DNA of 64,000 nucleotides from Lama glama (Eukaryota), in assembly GCA_028534125.1 (NCBI GenBank), contig CM052816.1:33358001-33422000 (forward strand). The letters run 5' to 3'. The notes under the pieces are model-generated. The model was given only the letters and a program-made list of their open reading frames with translations. It ran no database searches and was not told the origin of the DNA. Positions 1 through 10,420 of this stretch are shown piece by piece; the first letter of the stretch is position 1; each line of letters begins with the position of its first letter. The position numbers and the translations under genes are program-made.

Positions 1-1460
1 CAAGACTGTCCTTTTTCACAGCTTCCTGTTATCAAGGTAAGTCTGCTCAGCACAAGTATGTAATGGTCCCGTTAACAGTTCACTTTTGATTGCATATACA
101 CACAATCATGTCTTCAGGAAGTAAGAATAGACACAAAGCCAATTTAAGATTTCTATAAAAAATTATAACACAAAACAACAATAATAATAGCTAACACTAC
201 TAGAGGTGCCATGCTATAGTGCTATTTCCATGGATTTTTTTTTTCACCAGGAATTAAGAAGACAGACAGATTGATTAGAGTTCCAACTTACTACAGAATG
301 GAAAAGTTAGGATTTGAGAATAAAAAAGTGAAAAGGTGGAAGGAAACGTTTTTAGTCATTTTTACTCAGCCTTATTCACTGACTTCTTCCACAGAGGTAA
401 ATAAAATATTAGATTTCCATTCTATTCCAGTTTGAATTTGAGAATGAACAAAGATAGGCGCTGACACTATTGTCAGGGAATGGCCTCTTAGAACTTACCG
501 TGGTGAGCACATGCAGCCAGCAGAGCTGAGCAGCCTAGCGTTACCTTGACCTTGTGTATGACCCTCACTTTTGCACATCTCAAAGACATCTCACTATGTT
601 CACCTTCATCTTTCACCACAGGTCTGCGTAAAAATGTATGAGAAAAGTGGGAGAAAAGAAACAGAGAGAACCACCTCTGGCATCCTAAAGAGAGAGGGGA
701 AAAGCGAGTCGCCAGTCTCTGACCTCCAAACCTCCAAAGTTTATAGGTGGACGGAGGTTCTGAAATCACTAGAGACCAAAAGGGAACTATAAAAATATCC
801 CTGCCAGGGCATGTGCTGCATTTGAAAAAGAATGAAGGAAAAAGAATGAACAAATTACAGAACATTTTCCTAAATTCTTCCTTCAAATTGGCCAGGCTGG
901 TGCAGAGCATGAAATGTTCCAGTGCAGCCTAACGTAGTGGGTTTCTAGGAAGAAGCAATTTCTCATGTCCCTTTCTTTGCTCAGGAAACGTCCCATTGGG
1001 AGAGTCTCTGTATCTCTCAAATGTTCTGGAGTCAGGCAGGAAAAGGTAAGGCTCAGGGAGGGCTGAGTGTCCCCCCTCTCCCCGCACAGCCACACCACAG
1101 AGAATCCTGTTCCAGCCTAAGGTGAGAAGGGAGTGTATGTCCACACCTTACCAAGGAGGCAGCTCAGTCTCACCTGGCCCTCCTCTGCCCTCACATCACT
1201 AGAAAATTACAGCCTATTGTTGGCTAGTCGTAGAGAAATTAGCCAACTCTCCAGGCTTAGTTTAGGGAACTCTTATGTTTCCCCTTTCAGAAATGTAGAG
1301 GGAAAAATGACAGTTCAGAAGGCACAGTACTCAAATGCCTTTCTTTCATCTAAATCATGTCAGCAAATCTGTGCACTGGTGACAGAGGTAAAAGGTTTAT
1401 GTCATCAGCCTGAAATGCCAAAAATGGAAGAAAGGTAACACAGAGCAGCACACTTGTGTA

Positions 1461-1476
1461 CACACACACACACACA
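1461..1476 (+). repeat. (CA)8 microsatellite
   Basis: Direct reading. Confidence 0.9.
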
Positions 1477-2023
1477 GAGTAAGAAAACCTTTCAGAAATG
1501 GAAATATTTGAATGCTGACAATGGCAGTTTAGGAGAATATTAGGATTATAAAGGCCTGAAGTGTGATTGTACTACACAGGGTAGCTCCAAGCCATTGGCA
1601 GAATTGTAGTGTTGAAAACTGAAGGAGAGAATTTGAATATCTGACTTGACCTGATTATCATTCTGACCTGAGAACTGTAGTAGTTGCTTTTGTCTGTGGG
1701 GACAAAGGGTTTAGGGGTAAAAGAGAGAGGGACCAGAATTCCTGTGAGAAACAACAAAATGGCCTCCATTTCCAACAGAGATAGACTACTGTTATCCTTA
1801 GAAATAGCAAGGTCATAGCACAAAATAGCCTGGTAGAACTCTTCATAATAATGAAAGAGATACATAAGCCCAACAGCACAATCCACTGGGGAAAATGTTC
1901 CAGTGAACCTCGACTAGTGGACTTCATCCATTATTAATAAACTACAGATTAAATAAAAAGTCCCCAGATTTAGGGGCTGACAAAAGTTAGATCAGAACTA
2001 AATTAATGAAACCAAACCAAACC

Positions 2024-2362
2024 TCTGAAATGTGTTCTCCCAAAATTCATATATTGAAGCCCTAACCCCCAATCTGATGGTATTTGGAGATGGGCCTTTG
2101 GTAGGTAATTAGGGTTAGATGAGGTCATGTGATGGGATTAGTGCCCTTCTAAGAAGAGATATCAGAGAACTTGCTTCCTCTGTCTGCCATGTGGGGACAC
2201 AGTGAAAAGGTGGCTGTCTGCAAGCCAGGAAGAGAGCTCTCACCATAACCTGACCTACTGGCACCCTGACCCTGAACTTTCAGCCCCAGAACTACGTAAG
2301 GACGTTTCTGTTGTTTAAGCCACCCACTCTGTGGTATTCTGTTATAGCAGCCTGAACGGACT
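2024..2362 (+). mobile_element. MaLR solo LTR, MLT1A-like
   Basis: caaaattcatatattgaagccctaacccccaat...ttgtttaagccacccactctgtggtattctgttatagcagcctgaac, typical of MLT1A. Confidence 0.85.
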
Positions 2363-3208
2363 GGTTCCCTTTCTTTCACACTCTTCAAAATATCTTTACA
2401 GATTCAATATTCTAGATTCCAACAATTAAGTCTGCAGTATCCTCTAACTAGCAACCAAATCTACCTGCTTTGAATTAAACTTTGGAGCTCACTGATATCT
2501 TGCTTTCGTAGCTGTTCAACAGCAATCTTCCTCCCCAGACACTCCATCATTGCTTATTTCTCTCATATTTGTCTGCAATTCCATCATCTCTTTAGCAAAT
2601 TTCCTGAAACCCCTTGTTTATTAGTAGACAGGGGCTCAGGAATGGAGTTGGGGATATCAGAGAGTGAGAGATTTAGCTCATTTTTTTTCTACCAGAGAAA
2701 AGGTTTCTCTGAGTTTAGGGTATTAAACTAAAGGTCCTTGACAAGTTAACAGAGATAGGAAACAAAAATGACAGGCAAAATTCATTTGAAACATTCCTGG
2801 TAAGAAATATACCTGTTTGAGATTGCTTCAGAGATCAAATAGGAATTTGTCCTCTAAAAAGGAATAATACTTATCATTTTGATGAGATGAAAATAAGTAA
2901 GTGCAAGTTTAATATGTGGACTTGAGTTTCATGCTCATTATCAAATAATTATTCCCCCAAATCTGCTACACAATGCATAGCAGAATGAGACACAGGAAAG
3001 CCCTAGACAATGTTCTGGATCCAAGAAAACTGCAAAATAAAAAGCAATGATCATTTTCACAAGATCCTATCACTAACTACATTTAGAATGTCATAGAAAA
3101 TCACAAAAAGTCAAAAAGAAATCTTGCTTTTTATGAGAAGTATGAGTACCTAGAAAATATTACAGTAAAGGCAAACAGTATGCACAGAGATTGCTCTTCT
3201 TCACTTAC

Positions 3209-3284
3209 AAGATGTAGGTGATTATTCCTACAGACCACATGTCCACCTCAGGTCCATAGGCACAGCCTCTAAGAATTTCAGGTG
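3209..3284 (-). CDS. CAMK4: CAMK4 exon 8 (76 nt, phase 1 to 2): (A)PEILRGCAYGPEVDMWSVGIITYI(L)
   Basis: Acceptor ttttctctccttctgcag|CAC and donor TT|gtaagt. Contains the APE and DxWSxG kinase motifs. Confidence 0.98.
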
Positions 3285-6200
3285 CTGCAGAAGGAGAGAA
3301 AATTGTGTTAAATTAGAGTTTATATTCAATATTCACATTTTAATAATAGTTTCAAAACAGTTTTGTAACCAATCTTCTCTCCCCAAAACAAAATATGAGG
3401 CTACAAATTCTTACGTCTATTTTAGTGGGAGAGATTATAGTCTCTCTGTGTTTGGGTACATAAAAACAAAGTTATTAACTTTGACAGTCTGCATCAGAAC
3501 ATCATATTGCTCAAATCAGAGAGAGAGAGCTATATCTCTGCTACAAAGGGAGCTTTGTATGTAGAAAAGAAAGAAATCAAAGTTTAGCATAGTAAGGGGA
3601 AAAGGCATAATTATGCTGCCTGAGGCACAGGGTGTCCATGAGTGTGTGTGTTCAACAGCAAGCAGGGGAGGGACCAGTGGAGAAGAGAGGGGGACTGGAA
3701 AGTCTCTAGTACTGGAAGGTTGGAATAGGGGCTTGGGGGGTGGGTGGGTGGTGCTGGCACATATCCTGGTACTGAGAACTACATGTAGGTCCCCAGAGAG
3801 CAGCTGGCCCTAGTCAGTTTGGGATTACGCACTGAGAAAGGGCCTTCCTTATGTGCGATGAGGCTGCTCCTCTTAGTCGTGCCACCACTGTGAAAATGGA
3901 AAGTCTTCTCAGCCATGAAACGACTTGGTGGCATAGAATAGTAAGATCTTCCATGTTTTTATTACCTTAGTGCTGTGAAAATAGAGAATTAACTGGGTCT
4001 AACTGTCTGCACAGAGAATTGGAGATGTTGCTTGTTTGCCTAACTAACAACGGAAGAGAAGGAGAAGTGGGAGCTCTACCCTCTATGCAGAAATAGGGCT
4101 CAGGTTTAGAGCCCGGAGTGGCCCTTTTCTACTTTGAACAATAGTGCTGTGGGTGTCAGCAGGGTCTCTGAGGAAGGAGCTGACTGACAAATGCTGAGGG
4201 TTCCTTGAGGGAGGCCTTGGGGACAGGGGCACCACACTCCTCCTTCCCAAGGTGGGCAGAAAAGCAGGTGAACTGGATCCCTGTCCATGCAGCCTGGGAA
4301 TGTCATACTCAGTATAGACTGTCAAAGTGAGCTCCGTAAGGAAGCTGTCCTCGTGGGACCTGGATTTAATTTACAGGAAGGAACACAATGGATTTTCCAC
4401 TGAGATCTTCCCTTACTATCCTCCATCCTTTCCCCATACTATCCTCCATCCTTTTTCAATCAGAATATTCTCTTCCCTGTAGAAACTGTTATATAAAATA
4501 TAGGAGATAAAGAGCCTGTACAGAGAAATTAGAGTGAGCATTCTAAGCACTCTGAGCAGCAATTCAGCAAGACGCACCCTTTGAGGAAATGTATCTGGGG
4601 CCAAGAAGCATTTCTCATCTATAGGCAAATTATTCCTAGAAAATGTTCCTTTTCAGATTTAATTAACATAATTAAGAAAAACGCACGCTCAAAGCCGACA
4701 CCATTCTCTCTGTGAGGTTAGTTTTCATTTCCAGGGCCATCTGTTCTCCATAGACAGATCCTTTGGGCCTCAACAGCCTCTGCACTGAACTCCCCCTCAC
4801 AAATGCTTTGCTCATCACAGTGCAAAGGGAACTCAGGTTAGGCCGCCACTTTCAGGAGAGCTGCTACGGTCAGGGAGCTGAATGCATGCGTCTTTGGCAT
4901 GGACAGTTAGTAGCGTGTGCTTCTGCCCACGCTAGGTCTCCACATCAGAGAGGTGCTATCAGGTCATATACTCACATTTAAACATAAATACTGAAATACA
5001 CTGGGGAGAACCTTATATTTTCTAGGTCTTGGTTTTCACCTCTAAAATCTAAGTGAATTGAACTAGCTAATTTCCAAGTTTACTTTGAGTTTTAACTCGC
5101 ATACTGCTGTGACATAAGTAAAGGGATGGTTACTGAGAGTTTGAGCAGGAAGAGAGGACAAGCACTCTACCTGCAGAACCTGCTGCATTACCCTCCCTCC
5201 TGTCTGAGCGCCTACTGGGTCTGCTCCCTGTGGGGACCTATCCTGTGGGCTCCAGTGAAATCAAACCTCCCATCCTCTGCTGTCCAGAGGTCAGTGTGCT
5301 GTCCTGAAGGTCAGGTGCTTTCTGGCCATCCTCCATGGCTCCCAGGCTAAGGGTCCCAAATGAAGTGAATACCACAGTACAAAATCCTTTTGGAACCCAC
5401 TTCAGAGGGCATTTGGGTTTCTTACCTGACATGGCAATATCTGATCTCCCTTCACAGCACTGTGTGCAACCTTACTCTTCAGAGGCAATTTATTTCCTTA
5501 TAAGGCATTATGCTGTAACATGAATAATACTGGTGGTGTGAAAAGCTAGACTTTCCACAGTGAGGCTAACTGAGACAAAAGGAATATAGAACATTTTTGC
5601 CCTCTGCAATGAATTTCTCTTAAAAACAATTTTTTAAAATGAATTTATCATATTTACTAATCATAATACAAAATTTGGATGAAACAAGCTCTAAACATGC
5701 TATTAGATTCCCATTCACAGTACCCTTTGAATATTTCCAATCACTAGGTAATACGACCTTGACTTCAGAACTGGCAGAACACACTCTTATAATCTATTTG
5801 AATCTTCTCCAAGAGCCCAAAGCTTTTCTAGAATAAATTTCAGGCCCTGGCATGCTAGCACTTTAAGTCTCCTAGGTATCAAATGTCCTTGCAGGTAATT
5901 CTATGGATTCGTGATTTTCTTAGAATGAGAAATAGTTGACTACTTCCAATTTAGGTCAAGAAAAAACATCAACTAGTCCATCTTTTAGTGCTTTAAGCAC
6001 TCCTGGCTGTCCTTCATATCTTTTCACACCTCATTGCCAAAACGATCAAACAAAAAAACAAAATGGGGGAGGGGACAAAAACATTTCAAGGTGTAATATG
6101 ATTTTTTAAAAATGTATTTTAAATGATTCAGAATCATCTTTTCTGAAATAGTCAATAACTATTTATTGACTTTACTGGCTGTCTTCTAAGTGGGTCCAGG

Positions 6201-6831
6201 TTTTCTGCCACTTCCTAAAGTTACATTATCATTCATTAAATACTAAATGCTACAGAGCTCCCAGGATACCTCACACTCCAGTATCCAATACAGAACAATT
6301 TTGGTAAATGGTTTTGGAACTGCCAAGATACTTACCTTTTTAAAAAGCAGTTTTAACTGAATATAAAAACTATATAAAAATTCAAACTTCAATTATGATA
6401 TTTATTCATCAACATACCACTTAGACCTCAGAGTGCTGATTTTTAAATAAGATCATGGTACCATTAAAACATCTAGAGATTGAAGGTCCATATAAAGATT
6501 GAGATGAACGCCATTTTATTGAATAAAATCACTGTAACTGGAAATGGTTCTAAAATAATTCTTATCAATTATGGCCTGTGATATCCTTATAGGGACCATC
6601 AGTGCTAGGTTTTCCCTCTTTTCCTAAAGCCCCAGGGGAAAAGCAGAGGGATAATTTTGGTCATGGATTGTACCTCCATTTCGTCAATGCCCTAGATGAG
6701 CTTTACAACCTCTTCCTACCTAGGCAGGTAAAACTACAGAGCAGCATTCATTGTTAGAAGACTTCTTTATACTGTTAACTGTTTTGAGAAAGACAAACAC
6801 AAGGGAGACTGAAGCAAATGAAATCAACAGA

Positions 6832-7370
6832 TTCATCCATTCACTCATTAAATAAATCATGAATTATTTGTTAAACACCTCCTGTACGACAGGCACTGTC
6901 AGGTAGTGGTGCGGGGAATAATAGGGAGTTACAGGGAACAAGTCTCCACCATCACAGTGTTTACAGTATTTACAGTTTGGTGGGGGAGGTAGATCAAGAA
7001 AACCATATGAAGAAATGTGCAAGTGGTAACTGGAAGCGCTTGGAGGAAGAGTCTCTCACAGAGGGTTGACCTGGTCAGAAAGATCAAGAAAGGTGGTCAG
7101 AGAAAGGAAAGTTCAAACAGATGTGAAAGATCTAGAGAAGTTAACTAGGCAAAGGCGGAGAGGTGGTGGTTGAGGAAAGAGAGAAGAGAGTTGTGAGCGG
7201 AGAAAGCACACGTGAAGAGACTTGTGGCAGGAAGGAGTAAGGGGCACTTGGAACTAGACAAGTTGGTGTGGGTGGAGCACAGCTGGTGTGCAGTGAGGCC
7301 CGGGTGTGATCAGCACCTGGGAGGCAGGTCCAGGCCAGACTGCAGATTCCATTAGGTCAGGGGTTTTGTC
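6832..7370 (-). mobile_element. L2 LINE 3' portion
   Basis: attcatccattcactcatt...tatttgttaaacacctcctgtacgacaggcactg is the reverse complement of the L2 3' tail, followed by a purine-rich L2 antisense body. Confidence 0.75.
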
Positions 7371-7407
7371 TGTATTCTCTCCTATAATTTCATTTTAACC
7401 ATTCAAA

Positions 7408-7547
7408 ACATACGGGAAATACAGCCAATATTTTATAATAACTACAAATGGAGTATAATCTATAAAAATTTTCATTTGTTATATTACACACCTGAACCTA
7501 ATATAATATTGTCAATCTACCTCAATTTTCAAAAAATGGAAAAAAAA
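7408..7547 (+). mobile_element. Very short 5'-truncated L1 3' end with A-rich tail
   Basis: gggaaatacagccaatattttataataactacaaatggagtataatctataaaaat...cacctgaacctaatataatattgtcaatctacctcaatt. Similar to the 3' end of the L1 at about 51490-51610. Confidence 0.8.
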
Positions 7548-9829
7548 TCTATTTTCATCTCAAAGCCTGAACCTCACTTTACAGAACTACTCCCCCTTTC
7601 ACAGCTGAGGGAAAAACACTGGGGCTTTCACTGTAGAGGCTTATTTTGAATTCAGAGTTTTCTTGAGGCCACAAAAATCCATGGCATCTTTACCAAAGCA
7701 TCTAGAAATCTCTCTAAATTTTGCTGCAGGGGAGTGAGCAGCATGGTAGGATGAGGGAGAGGGATTTTCTGCCAGAAGCAGAAGAGCAGTGTTTGGAAAT
7801 TCTCTGTCCCCTCCGGGTTCCTAACTTGTCCTGGGAGCACAAAGGAGAAGAATGCCTTCAGGGCAGCCTCCTGTAGGCGGCAGCAGTGCCCACAGCTGGG
7901 AAGACTCCAAGCTGGTGCTTAGCATCTGTATCATATGTGGTCCTTTGTTAAGGTGTCACATACATTTTGCAAGTATGGGGCACAACCGTTTTAACTTTGT
8001 CAAGTGCAATTTCTGCTTTGACAACAGAGAAGACAGGCAATGTCCCAGTGCAGCATGCTAAGTGTTATAACAAAGGTGTGGAATGGATCAGGCAGGGAAA
8101 CAGTTGAGATGCTTCTGGAAGGGGTTGCCTCTAGCTAGGAGCACCCTTGTCACTTACTACAATGGATCTCAGACACTGTCAATTCTATACCTGCCATGCT
8201 GTGGAAGGCTGGGAAGGACCGAGGAGGCATTTGAAGCCTCTGTCACTTTAGTTATTTATGACTTGTTAGTGTAGAGCAAGAAAAGAGTTTGAAGGATGTT
8301 TTGAGACACAGGTGATAGGCTGCTTCATGTTCTAACGCATCCTTTCTGTTTTCCTTCGTTCTTGATCTTTTACACTACAAATATCAGTCAATCCAATCTC
8401 ACTTAATGTTTTTCATTTTAGCTCTTGAAAAAGTCTTCCTTACCACATGAACTGTATGATATATCTCCTTGTACAAATCTTATAAATGGGTGAAGAAAGA
8501 GCCTGTTTATTATCCTCACTTCACGTTTTATTTTTTAAATGATACCCTGAAGAGAAAATCAAATATTTGAGAACACTTCATGCTTTTAGAAGAGGGAAAA
8601 AGAAACACGGCTTATTATTACCCTATGAAAGTTTCATTTCTATGAAATTCACTTTTCTATGATTCCATTGAGCCCTCTCATCTTGGAGGAATCACTATTT
8701 GTTCCAAATATTTAATTAGACTGTGTCTCCTGGTCACTTTAAAACTGTGAAGGATGCTGGCCCCGGGGACAGCAAAGGAGTATTAACTGTTGACAAGCTG
8801 CCTTCCTGTTTTTGTGGGAAAAGGTAGAGTATAAATAAATAAACCTAACTGATCCTAATATTCACATTTTATAAGAATTTCTTTTTGTATAAGGAGCAGC
8901 AGCTAAAAAGTAATGAGCTTAGCATTCAAACTGTCTCATGTGTTAAGTACAGCAACACTGTTTTTTTCTAAAGGAGCTACACATCTTACTGGTAATTATC
9001 AGTAATAATTCTTTGAAACTTTTTATGTTTATTTTATGCATATCCTTTCTGTAGCAAACATTCTAAAATGGAACATGTTGTGGGTGTTCAGGGCCCAAAT
9101 AATACATTTTAAGCAAGTCTTCTACCCACTTGCCATCAATCACCTCTCCCTTTTGACCTCTTTTCCTCCCTTCATTCCACCCTCACATATGTAATAATAG
9201 AGCTGACTCCTTACAGAACTGTAAGTTCTCCAGCACAGTTGGTTCTGTTCTTGAAGTAGTCTCTTACAGTTACAAGGAAGTGGGCACAAAAAATGATTTT
9301 GTGATATGGAGACCCAGAAGTTGAAGATTACCAGTACATTAAAAGACTGTCTCTAAACCAAAGGGAGTATGAGAAATGAGGGGCTGATGTTGGTGACAAT
9401 CTGTTTAGATACAATTTTATCAGTCATGTCAGGCCAAAATATACTTGATTAACTTTGATTTAACTAAAGTGGTTGACATCATCCTCAACTTAGTTTACAT
9501 ATATAGAACATACACACAGCTTTTGCGGTCGTATCATTTAATACATATGGGTGATGCAGAAATTTGCAGGACTCTTCATCCCCTCCCCTCACTGATAGCC
9601 CTGAATCCCAAGAGATGAGTCAGTCAGGTTTTGTGACCATTTCCCAAGCCAGAGAGGCAGCCCCTTACACTGCTGACAGCTTCAGATGTTAGAATATTGT
9701 TTGGTGTATTAAGCCCTGAATCTGCCGTAAAGCATCTACTCATAATTAATAATTCTGTCTTGTGGAGCAGCTTCTACTATTTGACGGTCTAAGAATGATA
9801 AGGTGGTTTCTCTCTTCTCTCTGGCCTCC

Positions 9830-10420
9830 TAATGGTGATGTTGCCCAGGGGTCAGTCTGGGTCTTTTTCTTTCTGTCTTGGTGATGCTGGACAGTCTCAT
9901 GACTTTAAATAGCATCTATGTGCTGATAATGTCCATATTTATAACAACAGCCATGCCCTTGCTCCTGAACTTCAGATACACCCTTCTGCCCATGTGTCAC
10001 CTCCACCTGGATGGCTAACAGGCATCTCAAAATCAACAAGCTCTAAATCTGTTGCTTCAAAAGTCTTCCCCTCTCAGTGAGTATTAGCTATATCCTTCCA
10101 GCTGCAGCTCTGACCTCTGCTATCCCTACCTGCTATTTTCCCCTTTCGTCGCTGCGCTCCAACCAACCAGCCTCCTTGCTGGCCAGGTGTGTTCCTGCCT
10201 CAGGGTTGGTGTGCCTTGTCTCCTTTCCCAACTCTATATTCTTCCATAGAAATAATCACCTCTTTTTATATAATTAACACATTTATTTTATTTATTGTTT
10301 GTCTTCTCCCACTAAAATGTACCATCTTTAAAGAAGAAAAGTTTTTCCACTGCTACATCTCTAGTACCTTGAGCAGTGCCTGGTGCATGATAGGAGCTTA
10401 ATAAATATTCATTAAATGAA
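9830..10420 (+). mobile_element. L2 LINE fragments including the 3' end
   Basis: catgactttaaatagcatctatgtgctgataat...ggatggctaacaggcatctcaaa, ending cagtgcctggtgcatgataggagcttaataaatattcattaaatgaa. Confidence 0.8.

Noticed and set aside
1..3208. Calspermin promoter/first exon or CAMK4 exon 9
   Set aside because: Calspermin initiates in the penultimate intron, downstream of this window. No sequence encoding LCGFEPFYDERGDQ was found.
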